DNA from: Alistipes sp.
Lineage (GTDB): Bacteria > Bacteroidota > Bacteroidia > Bacteroidales > Rikenellaceae
Assembly (NCBI GenBank): GCA_017629145.1
Contig: JAGBXR010000042.1
Coordinates: 2,000-65,999 of the forward strand
Length of the DNA stretch: 64,000 bases
Direction: 5' to 3'
The notes under the pieces are model-generated. The model was given only the letters and a program-made list of their open reading frames with translations, was not told where the DNA came from and did no database searches. A program made the translations under genes and the position numbers. Positions 19,357 through 29,869 of the stretch are shown here, piece by piece (position 1 is the stretch's first letter; every line of letters starts with the position of its first letter).

Positions 19357-20826
19357 TTACTCAATTTCCCAGTCGAAACCATCCTTACGGTCCTTCACGC
19401 GGATGCCTACAGCTGTGAGCTCATCGCGAATCTTATCCGACAATGCCCAGTTCTTCGCGCTCTTGGCCTCCATACGCATATTGAGAAGCATATTCACCAA
19501 AGGCGATACCATATCGCGGCCACCAGCCTCGGCTGCCTTCTCGTTGCGAAGACCAAGAATGTCGAATACGTAACGCTGAACCGTAGCGCGCAAACGCTCC
19601 AAGTCCTCGGCAGTAAAGCTCTGCTGACCCTCGGCGGCTTGGTTGATGATACGTACCCAGTCGAACATAGCCGAGATTACCATTGGTGAGTTTAGGTCGT
19701 CGGCCAAAGCCTCGGCGCAACGACGCTCCAACTCCGATACATCGGCTGTCGACTTATCGGCTGGCTTGAGCTTTCCGAGCGTCTCTACTGCCTTCATCAA
19801 TCGGTCAAGACCCTTCTCGGCTGCCTGCAACGCCTCGTTCGAGAAGTCGAGTGTCGAGCGGTAGTGTGCCTGAAGTACGAAGAAGCGGATGGTCATTGGC
19901 GTATATGCCTGCTCGAGGATTGGGTGTGTGCCGTTAAAGAGCTGCTCCAGTGTGATGAAGTTACCGAGTGACTTACCCATCTTCTGACCGTTGATTGTAA
20001 TCATATTGTTGTGTACCCAGTAGCGTGCAGAGTCGTGGCCGAGAGCGGCAGTAGACTGTGCAATCTCGCACTCGTGGTGTGGGAACATAAGGTCCATACC
20101 GCCACCGTGAATATCGAACTGTTCACCGAGATACTTGGTGCTCATTGCAGAGCACTCCATATGCCAACCAGGGAAGCCATCGCTCCAGGGTGATGGCCAG
20201 CGCATAATGTGCTCGGGTGCAGCCTTCTTCCACAAAGCAAAGTCGAAAGAGTGGTGCTTGTCGCTCTGACCGTCGAGCTCACGTGTGTTGGTCACGATAT
20301 CGTCGAGGTTACGACCCGAGAGGCGACCATAGTGGTGATCGCGGTTGTAGCGCTCTACATCGAAGTAGATCGAACCATTCGACTCGTAGGCATAGCCAGC
20401 GTCGAGAATGCGCTTAACCATCTCGATCTGCTCGATGATATGGCCCGAAGCCTGTGGCTCGATAGATGGCGACTTAACGCCCAACTCACGCATTGCATCG
20501 CGGTAGCGCTCCGTATAGTAGTGTGCAATCTCCATAGGCTCGAGCTTCTCGAGGCGAGCCTTCTTTGCAATCTTATCCTCGCCTTCGTCGGCATCCTGCT
20601 CCAGGTGGCCTACATCGGTAATGTTGCGTACGTAGCGCACCTTGTAGCCCAAAGACTGGAGGTAGCGGAACAAAAGGTCGAAGGTTACGGCTGGGCGTGC
20701 GTGACCCAAGTGTGGATCGCCATAAACTGTTGGGCCGCAGACATACATACCTACGTGATTGGGGTTAATAGGCTCGAACGTCTCCTTACGACGTGTGAGC
20801 GTATTGTACAATACAATCTTTTCCAT
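19357..20826 (-). CDS. cysS: Cysteine--tRNA ligase
   Basis: [27 protein letters not shown]. Confidence 0.97.
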   Translation of the reverse strand: MEKIVLYNTLTRRKETFEPINPNHVGMYVCGPTVYGDPHLGHARPAVTFDLLFRYLQSLGYKVRYVRNITDVGHLEQDADEGEDKIAKKARLEKLEPMEIAHYYTERYRDAMRELGVKSPSIEPQASGHIIEQIEMVKRILDAGYAYESNGSIYFDVERYNRDHHYGRLSGRNLDDIVTNTRELDGQSDKHHSFDFALWKKAAPEHIMRWPSPWSDGFPGWHMECSAMSTKYLGEQFDIHGGGMDLMFPHHECEIAQSTAALGHDSARYWVHNNMITINGQKMGKSLGNFITLEQLFNGTHPILEQAYTPMTIRFFVLQAHYRSTLDFSNEALQAAEKGLDRLMKAVETLGKLKPADKSTADVSELERRCAEALADDLNSPMVISAMFDWVRIINQAAEGQQSFTAEDLERLRATVQRYVFDILGLRNEKAAEAGGRDMVSPLVNMLLNMRMEAKSAKNWALSDKIRDELTAVGIRVKDRKDGFDWEIE

Positions 20827-20866
20827 AGTTGTTTATATTTTTTGTTTTTCGTTATTCTTTGACATT

Positions 20867-23800
20867 TTACTCACCATAGTAGGCAGTGAGTACATCGTAT
20901 ACCTCGGGACGCTCCAAATACTGAATGAGTGCGTCGACATACTTTGCTGTGCTCTCGCCATCGTTGTTGTAGCGGGCAGCAGGGAGGTTGCTGTATATCT
21001 CGAAGAGGTTGCAGATGTGCAACTCGACAAGCGACATTGCAAAATCCGATGAGTCGGCAGGTGTCAGACGCTTGATAGCCTCAAGGTATGCCTCTACCAA
21101 ATTGTCGAAGATCAGAGCATTCTCAACAAGCATCAGCTCGCTATCCGTGCCGGCTACCCAGTCGAAGCTGCCCGATACCTCGTGGCTTAGACGCAGTGTC
21201 TCGATAATGTCGAGCACGGCATTGTAAAGCTCATCGCTGATTTTGGGTGTAAAGCTGCGGTATGTAGCATACTGCAGGTAGTGACCTGCCCACTCGCCAC
21301 GTTTGCTTATATACTCTGCAGCGAGGCTGTCACCCTTGCGGAACTCATCCTCGGCCATACCGAATGCCTCGTCGCTGAGCACCAGTAGTCGGTCAGCATC
21401 GATTGTGTCGAGGTTGCGACCTCGCGCCTCGCTCTGTTGTGCCTGTGCTCGTTCCGAGAGGTCGTAGAAATAGCCGAATATATCGTTCGATTGCGCAATA
21501 TCGCTCTTGCTACCGAGCATACGGTCGAATGTAGCTACTGCCTCCTCGAGGTAGATTACAGCGCGTTCGAGATTGCTCTGCGCTATGGTGTAATAACCGC
21601 GAATGTATGGCATAACGGTAGAGTGTGTATATCCAAGTTTCTTGGCAGGAAGTACCTCGAGACCCTTGTCCAGCAACTTCTCGGCACGCTCAAGGTCGCC
21701 CTCGCCATTGCGACGTATCAGTCCCGAAGCAAGACGTGCAAAGCTTTCGCGTGAGCGCGAAGCAGCAACGTTGAAGCGGTAGAAGTAGTCTACATATACA
21801 TCCTCATCTGCAAGGTTACCATAGCGTAGTGCGCGCTCCTGCTCCTCAACACTATTGTCATCGGCAATAAAACGAGGATATACTCTGTCGATATCGACAT
21901 ATCCCGACTCTGCTCCCGAACGATATGGCGTGCGGATAGGGACAAACGTATAGGCATAGCCGTCGAAACGTGCATAGTCGGCAATGCCGTAATCCTTCAT
22001 AATGTGGGTCTGCGTGAAGCACAATGGTCGCTTCCAGTCGAAGTGTGCCAACAGGTCGAGCATCATAAGACGATCCTTCGTGAGCATCGTTTCATCGATT
22101 GTTACATAGACCTTCTCCTCGGTCAGCGCACGATCCTCCTCGGCAATAATTCCCGAAGCGATAGCTGCATCTGCATCTACAGGTATATAGTATCTATTGG
22201 CAGAGAGTATGTAGTCGCTCTCGATACCATCGATATAGCTGTCTACAGTAGGTCTTACACGACCAATCATATCGTAATCTTCGCTACGCTCCTCCATAGC
22301 TATCGTCTCGCCATCGTCGAGCAGACACATACGACCATTGTTGATGACAAGTGTCATAGGCTTATCCGAGCAGAACAGACGTACCGCATCGTCGAGGTTA
22401 AGCTCGCCATTGCGTGCTCGGTCGCTGAGTGCCCAGTACTCCTCCATCAGTGCGTAGTCGTTGATGAAGTTCTGGTCGGCAACTATAGCATCGACAATGT
22501 CGTATGCCGAGGTATACTTCACATAGATGTCGTATATTGTCTCGTTAGGTTCGGCTCCCGAGGCCATAAACTCCTGCAAGTATGGGTCATACTTGTCGAT
22601 AGTCTCCTGTGCGTTGAGCAATTGGCGGTATACCGTAGCGTAGCCACCGCTTATACGACGCTGCTTACCCTCGCTGTCGGTGTAGCGAATGTCGTAGATG
22701 GCACTATTGTCGATACGTCGCTTCTCGCCACGCAGACGACGCGCCTGCTGTGTGTCGAGCACCTCTACAGGGTCGATGACAAGCACCCAGTCGTTCTTAA
22801 AGCTGTATTGAGTCGAAGGTATGGTGAATGGTACACCCTCGGCATCGTTGGCTGCGAGTTTCATCTCGTCGATATACCACTCGCCACCGAGATACGACGA
22901 GTTCATAACTCTTACGTCGGTACGTATACCCTCAACCTCCTGGCAATACCAAATAGGGAAGGTGTCGTTGTCGCCAAAGTTTATGATAATTGCATTTTCG
23001 GGTACGGTGTTGAGATAGTTGTAACCGATATCACGAGCCATATATCGTCCCGAGCGGTCGTGGTCGTCCCAGTTCTCGGTTGCCAATACCACAGGAACAC
23101 TCGCAGCGAAGAGTACTGCAACGCAAGCCGCAATCTTGAGTGTGCGATGTGTAGGCTTTACAAATCGAAGAGCGATGCTCTCGAAGATTTCGCCAATGGC
23201 CAGTACGCCAAGTCCAAGCCATATGCTGAATGCGTAGAACGCACCAGCATAGACATAGTCTCGCTCACGTGGCTCGTTAGGTGCTGTGTTGAAGTAGACA
23301 ACAAGGGCGATACCCATCATCACAAATAGCAGCAACACAATGAAGAAGTTGCGCCAGTCGCGGCCAAGCTGATAAACCAGGCCCATAAGACCGAGTAACA
23401 ATGGCAGGAAGTAGTAGGTGTTGCGTGCAGGGTTGTTGGCCATCTCGCTTGGGAGGTTGCCCTGTGGACCGCAGAATATCTTGTCGATAAAGCCGATGCC
23501 CGACAGCCATCCGCCGTGCATATAGACCGCGTTCTCATCCTTCTCGAGGATGGTGTCGTCCTGACGACCTACGAAGTTCCACATAAAATAGCGCCAGAAC
23601 ATATCGCCAAACTGGTAGCCGAGCATATAGCGCACATCCTCCCACGCTGTAGGCTCCCACCAGCGGTCGCCCTCCTTTGAGATGCGCTCTACCGATGGCT
23701 TGCCATTCTCTGTTGCTACCCATCCAGCCTCGTAGTCAGCACGGCGTGAGTAGAACCACATACGTGGCAAAAGGTGGTTAGCTTCGCTAGGATAGTGGTA

Positions 23801-25009
23801 GCTCTCGAAGATTTCGCGCTCCTCATACTTGCCTGTTTCGGGGTTTAGCCACGTCATAGTCGATGAGTTGTGGTTGCCCGTCGGAATGTAGAAATCATCG
23901 GCGAGGTAGTCCTCCGAGGTGTACATCATCGGCAGAGGCTGTGCCGAGTAGTATGGACCCCAAAGTAACGGACGTTGGCCATACTGGTCGCGGTTGAGAA
24001 GACTCAAGAGCGAGTGTGGTGTCGATGGATTGTTCGAGTTCATCGGTGGGTTGGCCGTAGCACGTATTGTCACAGATGCGTACGACGAGAAACCAACGAG
24101 AATGGCAGCAAGGGCTATCAATGAGACGTTGAGGATGCGCATACGTCGCTTGTGCGAGAAGAGTATGAGCAAACCAAGTGCTGTGAATACCAACGCCACG
24201 AAGAGCAGCATACCTGAATTTACTGGCATACCCAATGTGTTGACCGCAAAGGTGTCGAACTTGGCACCAAGAGCTACGGTGTAGGGGATGATTATGCCGT
24301 TAATCGCACCCAGAATAAGCAGCGATACCAACAATCCGCAACCAATGTACAAGATATACTCCTTTGTGGTGCGCATCTGGTAGCGGCGGAAGAAGTATAT
24401 CATCACCAATGCAGGAATCGTGAGCAGGTTGAGGATATGCACACCAATCGAGAGACCCATAAGGTAGGCGATAAGCACTATCCAGCGCATCGACGTTGGA
24501 CTTGTGGCGTTCTCCTCCCAGCGTAGCATAAGCCATACGACGAGTGCGGTAAACATCGAAGAGAGAGCATATACCTCGCCCTCGATAGCCGAGAACCAGA
24601 AGGTGTCGGTATAGGCATACGACAATGCACCGATAACACCGGCACCCAGCGTAAGAATCGTGAGGTGTGGAGTCATCTTTTCGCCACCCTGCGTAAACAT
24701 TCGTCGAGCAAGGTGCGTGATAGTCCAAAATAGGAAGAGTATGCAGAATGCAGAAGCTATTGCATTCATCGCATTGATTGTCATCGGCACATACTCGACT
24801 GCAGGGGCCAGAAGTGATGCCAGACGTGCCAACATCATAAAGAGCGGAGCTCCAGGAGGGTGACCAACTTCGAGCTTGTATGATGTCGCAATAAACTCGC
24901 TGCAATCCCAGAGGCTTGTTGTGGGCTCAATGGTCAGCAAATATGATATCGCAGCCACGGCAAAGACTGCCCAGCCAACGATTCGGTTCCAAACTTTGAA
25001 TTGTTCCAT
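20867..25009 (-). CDS. DUF2723 / TMEM260-like membrane glycosyltransferase, long form (1380 aa)
   Basis: WDCSEFIA, VGHPPGAP, EGEVYA, LNRDQYG, PRERDY, GDNDTFP. Confidence 0.88.
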   Translation of the reverse strand: MEQFKVWNRIVGWAVFAVAAISYLLTIEPTTSLWDCSEFIATSYKLEVGHPPGAPLFMMLARLASLLAPAVEYVPMTINAMNAIASAFCILFLFWTITHLARRMFTQGGEKMTPHLTILTLGAGVIGALSYAYTDTFWFSAIEGEVYALSSMFTALVVWLMLRWEENATSPTSMRWIVLIAYLMGLSIGVHILNLLTIPALVMIYFFRRYQMRTTKEYILYIGCGLLVSLLILGAINGIIIPYTVALGAKFDTFAVNTLGMPVNSGMLLFVALVFTALGLLILFSHKRRMRILNVSLIALAAILVGFSSYASVTIRATANPPMNSNNPSTPHSLLSLLNRDQYGQRPLLWGPYYSAQPLPMMYTSEDYLADDFYIPTGNHNSSTMTWLNPETGKYEEREIFESYHYPSEANHLLPRMWFYSRRADYEAGWVATENGKPSVERISKEGDRWWEPTAWEDVRYMLGYQFGDMFWRYFMWNFVGRQDDTILEKDENAVYMHGGWLSGIGFIDKIFCGPQGNLPSEMANNPARNTYYFLPLLLGLMGLVYQLGRDWRNFFIVLLLFVMMGIALVVYFNTAPNEPRERDYVYAGAFYAFSIWLGLGVLAIGEIFESIALRFVKPTHRTLKIAACVAVLFAASVPVVLATENWDDHDRSGRYMARDIGYNYLNTVPENAIIINFGDNDTFPIWYCQEVEGIRTDVRVMNSSYLGGEWYIDEMKLAANDAEGVPFTIPSTQYSFKNDWVLVIDPVEVLDTQQARRLRGEKRRIDNSAIYDIRYTDSEGKQRRISGGYATVYRQLLNAQETIDKYDPYLQEFMASGAEPNETIYDIYVKYTSAYDIVDAIVADQNFINDYALMEEYWALSDRARNGELNLDDAVRLFCSDKPMTLVINNGRMCLLDDGETIAMEERSEDYDMIGRVRPTVDSYIDGIESDYILSANRYYIPVDADAAIASGIIAEEDRALTEEKVYVTIDETMLTKDRLMMLDLLAHFDWKRPLCFTQTHIMKDYGIADYARFDGYAYTFVPIRTPYRSGAESGYVDIDRVYPRFIADDNSVEEQERALRYGNLADEDVYVDYFYRFNVAASRSRESFARLASGLIRRNGEGDLERAEKLLDKGLEVLPAKKLGYTHSTVMPYIRGYYTIAQSNLERAVIYLEEAVATFDRMLGSKSDIAQSNDIFGYFYDLSERAQAQQSEARGRNLDTIDADRLLVLSDEAFGMAEDEFRKGDSLAAEYISKRGEWAGHYLQYATYRSFTPKISDELYNAVLDIIETLRLSHEVSGSFDWVAGTDSELMLVENALIFDNLVEAYLEAIKRLTPADSSDFAMSLVELHICNLFEIYSNLPAARYNNDGESTAKYVDALIQYLERPEVYDVLTAYYGE

Positions 25010-25122
25010 TCTACTATCAATCTAATAAAGCGCAAATATAATAATATTTGGCCGATAAATGGCAATCTCTCGGTGACTTTTTTTTGTTTTGCTCCGAGTG
25101 CGATGTTTTCGGTCGAGAAAAA

Positions 25123-26031
25123 CTATTTGCCGATGTTGCTGCGTATGCGTTCTAAACCGCTGCGTGTCAGTGGGGTAGTGCCAGCTATTGCCTGAAACAC
25201 CTCCTCACTCATCGAGTTAAGTCGCTCCTCGCTCATCGACTCGATGTCGATAATCGGATCGAAGCGTTTATTGGTGTGTAGTGGTGCTCGGCGGTTGTAT
25301 GGACAGAGGCTCTGACAGCTGTCGCAACCAAAAATCCAACCGTGTAACGATAGCTCCTTGTTATCGTCCTCACGCTCTATTGTGCGACACGAAATACAGC
25401 GTCGAGTGTCAATCAGGCGATTCTCCAAAATTGCACCATTAGGACAATTTTCTATGCATACTCTACAACTGCCACAACGCTGTTCACCAAATGGTTTATC
25501 GTATTCGTCAACATCGTGATTTATAACGAGCTCTCCTAAAAGTATCATCGATCCAAATTGAGGTGTTACGACCAATGAGTTGCGTCCTATCCATCCAAGG
25601 CCAGCGCGCACTGCAAGCGACTTTTCGGCCAAAGGTGCAGAGTCGGTAAAAGCGCGGAATTTCAACCCCTCGACCTTGTCTCCGAGACGATTTCCGAGCT
25701 CAAAGAGCATCTCTTTTATCGTGAGATGATAATCGCGAGCAAGTGCATACGATGCAATCTTTGTGCGACACTCCGAGCTGTATCCACGACTTATGGGTGA
25801 GAGGTACGATACGGCGCAAACAATCACACTTCTTGCACCCTCGACAAGAAGTTGTGGTGCGAAACGCTTTTCGATGTTTCGGCTCAAATAGTCGAGCGTA
25901 GAGTGGTTGCCCTCGGACATCCACGCCTCGAAATTTGCGCGTTCACTATCCAGTGGCTCTGCTGTTGTGATGCCCACGAGGTCAAATCCAACCTCTAAAG
26001 CGTGGTTTATTATAATATTTTTGGATATCAT
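25123..26031 (-). CDS. queG: Epoxyqueuosine reductase
   Basis: YALARDYH, DSAPLAEK, CGSCRVCIENCP, GCDSCQSLCPYN. Confidence 0.93.
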   Translation of the reverse strand: MISKNIIINHALEVGFDLVGITTAEPLDSERANFEAWMSEGNHSTLDYLSRNIEKRFAPQLLVEGARSVIVCAVSYLSPISRGYSSECRTKIASYALARDYHLTIKEMLFELGNRLGDKVEGLKFRAFTDSAPLAEKSLAVRAGLGWIGRNSLVVTPQFGSMILLGELVINHDVDEYDKPFGEQRCGSCRVCIENCPNGAILENRLIDTRRCISCRTIEREDDNKELSLHGWIFGCDSCQSLCPYNRRAPLHTNKRFDPIIDIESMSEERLNSMSEEVFQAIAGTTPLTRSGLERIRSNIGK

Positions 26032-26128
26032 TGAAATTTATTTTATGTCAAAAATAGTGATTTTTGATAAATTATTGGTAACTTGCGCCTGAAAAATATA
26101 CTTTTTATTAATTAAACACCCATAAGTT

Positions 26129-27760
26129 ATGACCTTTAAGACTCTCTATGAGATATTTAAGCATAGCGTTGAGAACTTTTCCGAGCGCATTGCTTTCTCG
26201 ATGATTGGCGGTGAGGATGTTACCTACAAGGAGGTTGGCGAGCGTGCAGCAACTGTTCAGGAGTTGTTGCTTAATGCTGGTGTTGGTGCGGGTGATAAGG
26301 TGGCGATTCTAAGTAGCAGTATGCCCAACTGGGGCGTATCGTACTTCGCGGTGGTTAGTGCTGGTATGGTCGTTGTGCCTATCTTGCCCGATTTCACAAG
26401 CGAGGAGCTCGACCTAATCATTCAGCACTCGGAGGCAAAGGCAATTCTTGTATCCGATAAGCTCTATACCAAACTCAACAAGAGCACCGTGGAGCGTATG
26501 AATATTGTCATCCGCACCAAGGGCCTCAAGGTAATCTCTCAGAATGTCGAGCAGCGCGCCGAGATGCGTACTCCCGAGCCTGAGGATTTGGCTGCTATCA
26601 TCTACACATCGGGTACTACATCGAAGCCCAAGGGCGTTATGCTCTCGCACTACAACATTGCGATGCAGCTTACCGTTGTACCTTCACTCTTCGACTATAC
26701 ACAGGACGATGTATTGCTCTCGATTCTGCCACTCTCGCACACCTATGAGTGCACACTCGGTATGATCTTCCCATTTGCGCGCGGTGCACGTATCCACTAT
26801 ATGGATCGCCCACCTACCGCATCGGCACTTATGCCAGCCTTGGCCAAGGTGCGTCCTACGGTTATCGCTTCGGTGCCTCTCATTATGGAGAAGGTATATC
26901 GCGGTAAGGTGCTCCCTACATTCCAGAAGAATGCCGTGTTGAGCAAGCTCTACAGCTGGGACTGGTCGCGTAAGTTGCTCCACAAGGTTGCTGGTAAGCA
27001 GCTCAAGGCGCTCTTCGGTGGTCGTATGCGTCTGTTTGCTATCGGTGGCGCCAAGTTCGATTCAGAGGCTGAGCGCTTCTTGCTCGAGGGTGGCTTCCCA
27101 TACGGTATCGGTTATGGCCTTACCGAGACTGCTCCGCTTTTGGCTGGTGCAGTAGGTGATATGGTGCGTATCGGCTCAACTGGTCCAGCGCTCAAGGGCG
27201 TTGAGGCGCGTTTGGATAATGTTAATCCCGAGACAGGTCAGGGTGAGATCGTAGTTAAGAGCCCTTGCGTGATGATGGGTTACTACAAGAACGAGGAGGC
27301 TACGCAGGCGGTGTTTACCGAGGATGGTTGGTTCCGTACGGGTGATCTCGGTGCATTCGATAGCGACGGCTGGATCTATATCAAAGGTCGTTTGAAGAAT
27401 ATGATCGTAGGCCCAAGCGGTGAGAACATCTACCCAGAGGATATCGAGGAGGTGCTCAACAGCAACCGCTTTGTTGCCGAGTCGGTGGTTACCGAGGAGG
27501 ATGGTAAGCTTATTGCTCTTGTTCACTTCGACACCGAGGCTATCGAGGAGTACTACGATGAGTTAAAGTATAAGGTGTCGGTAAATGCCGAGCAGCTCAG
27601 CCTCAAGATGGAGGAGGTAAAGCGTGAGGTTATGGAGTATGTTAACTCGAAGGTTAACCGCTTCTCGAAGATTTCGAAGGTTATCGACAACGAGGGCGAG
27701 TTCGAGAAGACTCCTACGAAGAAGATTAGACGTTTTGTTTATGATCGCCGCAAAAAGTAA
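26129..27760 (+). CDS. Long-chain acyl-CoA synthetase (AMP-binding)
   Basis: YTSGTTSKPKG, GYGLTE, WFRTGDLG. Confidence 0.93.
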   Translation: MTFKTLYEIFKHSVENFSERIAFSMIGGEDVTYKEVGERAATVQELLLNAGVGAGDKVAILSSSMPNWGVSYFAVVSAGMVVVPILPDFTSEELDLIIQHSEAKAILVSDKLYTKLNKSTVERMNIVIRTKGLKVISQNVEQRAEMRTPEPEDLAAIIYTSGTTSKPKGVMLSHYNIAMQLTVVPSLFDYTQDDVLLSILPLSHTYECTLGMIFPFARGARIHYMDRPPTASALMPALAKVRPTVIASVPLIMEKVYRGKVLPTFQKNAVLSKLYSWDWSRKLLHKVAGKQLKALFGGRMRLFAIGGAKFDSEAERFLLEGGFPYGIGYGLTETAPLLAGAVGDMVRIGSTGPALKGVEARLDNVNPETGQGEIVVKSPCVMMGYYKNEEATQAVFTEDGWFRTGDLGAFDSDGWIYIKGRLKNMIVGPSGENIYPEDIEEVLNSNRFVAESVVTEEDGKLIALVHFDTEAIEEYYDELKYKVSVNAEQLSLKMEEVKREVMEYVNSKVNRFSKISKVIDNEGEFEKTPTKKIRRFVYDRRKK

Positions 27761-27797
27761 TTTGGCGTGATAAGGCAGTGGCTATTGCCGCTAACAA

Positions 27798-27845
27798 AAA
27801 TGCCACCAATGGACGTATATCACGTGCTATCCATTGGTGGCATTT
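27798..27845 (+). terminator. Hairpin terminator after acyl-CoA synthetase
   Basis: AAATGCCACCAATGGA / TCCATTGGTGGCATTT, 16-bp inverted repeat. Confidence 0.7.
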
Positions 27846-27951
27846 GCGTTAATCGCTGATAGTTAGAGTGTAGTGATTGTTTAGGTCTCTTTTGAATGGT
27901 TTATGAAGGGTAAGCAGGATATTCAGTGTTTGAAAAAATCTCATTAAAAAA

Positions 27952-27982
27952 TTTGCATATTCAAAAAACTTGCGTACCTTTG
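27952..27982 (+). promoter_or_regulatory. Bacteroidota housekeeping promoter for tRNA-Thr
   Basis: TTTG-N19-TACCTTTG. Confidence 0.7.
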
Positions 27983-28013
27983 TGCACTCTTTCATAGGAG
28001 TGGGGTTTTTAAT

Positions 28014-28376
<363 letters not shown>

Positions 28377-28477
28377 GATAAAAGGCATATACATATTAAA
28401 AGAGTGGCACGTTCTTTATACCTGCAAAAAAACGCACCACCGAGGTAGTGCGTTATAAATCCTTGTGTCGTTAGACG

Positions 28478-29869
28478 CTACTCTGACCAGCCGCCGCCCA
28501 GTGATTTGTACAGCAGGACAAGCGCGATATACTCATCTCTAACGGCATTCGATAGGGCTATCTGTGCATCGAAATATCGACGTTGCGCATCGAGAACATC
28601 TATATAGCGCGTATCACCATACCTGTACTGGAACGTTGCTAATTCGACATATTTCAGCGCAGCCTCGCGCAGATTGTTCTTTAGCTGCGTAGCTTCGCGT
28701 GCATTGCGATAGAGCACTACCGCGTCGTTAGTCTCCTTGAATGCCATAATCACAAGTTTTTCGTAGTTTAGGCGTGCTATTTCGTAAGCCTGGATAGCGG
28801 CCTTATATTTGGCCTTGCGGCGACCAAATTCGAATAGCGGTGATACAAGCTTGCCTACAGCCAGTCCGTAGGGGGCACTAAATATGTTGGCGAGCGAGCC
28901 ATTCTCCAAGCCTCCGGTAAGGCCGATGACGAGTTTCGGGAATCGGTCGGTATATGCCACACCTACCGCTGCAGTCGCAGCCTTAAGGCCTTGCTCCGAC
29001 TCGCGCAAGTCGGGACGACGTGTGAGTAGGTCGGAGGGGATGCCCAATGGAAGCTCTGTGGGTATCTCACGGTCGAGCACCTTCATACGTTCATACTCCA
29101 ATTCGAAGTTGGGATACTCGCCCAAAAGAGTTGTCAGACTGCTCTTTGTCGTGGCGATCTTGGTTTCGATAGCAGGTATCATCGATGCTGTGCTGGCGTA
29201 CTCTACCTGCGCCTGCTGGTAAACGGTCTCCGATGTTAGTCCTCCCTCGTAACGTAATCTCGCAAGCTCAACACCTTCGCTACGTGTCTTAAGAGTGCGA
29301 TTAACGATTAGCAGCTCGTTCTCAAGTGCCTGGAGTTGGTAGTAGGCTGTAGCTACCTCGGCGATAATAGTCATACGCATAGCGCGTTCAGCTTCGATAC
29401 TCGAGAGATATTCGGCCGATGCCTTGCGTGTTGCCCACTTGATGTTTCCCCAGAGATCTACCTCCCAGCTTATGTCGACCTTAAGATCGAATTGAGGGGT
29501 CTCGGTATGCCCCTTATCTGTGTAGTTCTCAACCTCGAAGTCAGCCATTGCCGATGCTCCGATTTTGGGATACCACGCTGCGCGACCCACGCGATTTAGC
29601 TCCTTCATCTGTTGTACCTTGGCTGCCGATGCCAAGATGTCTTTGTTATTCTCAAGAGCGTGAGATATAAACTTGCATAGCACCTCATCGCCATAGAATT
29701 CCCACCATTTAAGGTCGGCAATAGTGAGGCTATCCAGTTCGCCCTCGACAATCTCCGACGGCATATCGAGCTGCGGAGCTTTGCACGCCTTGACAGCCAG
29801 ACCGCAAGAGGTTAAGGCAAGTGTAAGAACGAATAGAGCGACGATGTATGTATAATGTACAAGTCTCAT
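28478..29869 (-). CDS. Outer-membrane efflux lipoprotein (TolC/NodT-OprM type)
   Basis: Lipobox LTSC; SWEVDLWG, LLTRRPD, LYKSLGGGW. Confidence 0.93.
   Translation of the reverse strand: MRLVHYTYIVALFVLTLALTSCGLAVKACKAPQLDMPSEIVEGELDSLTIADLKWWEFYGDEVLCKFISHALENNKDILASAAKVQQMKELNRVGRAAWYPKIGASAMADFEVENYTDKGHTETPQFDLKVDISWEVDLWGNIKWATRKASAEYLSSIEAERAMRMTIIAEVATAYYQLQALENELLIVNRTLKTRSEGVELARLRYEGGLTSETVYQQAQVEYASTASMIPAIETKIATTKSSLTTLLGEYPNFELEYERMKVLDREIPTELPLGIPSDLLTRRPDLRESEQGLKAATAAVGVAYTDRFPKLVIGLTGGLENGSLANIFSAPYGLAVGKLVSPLFEFGRRKAKYKAAIQAYEIARLNYEKLVIMAFKETNDAVVLYRNAREATQLKNNLREAALKYVELATFQYRYGDTRYIDVLDAQRRYFDAQIALSNAVRDEYIALVLLYKSLGGGWSE

Noticed and set aside
22004-23329. 441-aa plus-strand ORF
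   Set aside because: Antisense shadow of the DUF2723 gene
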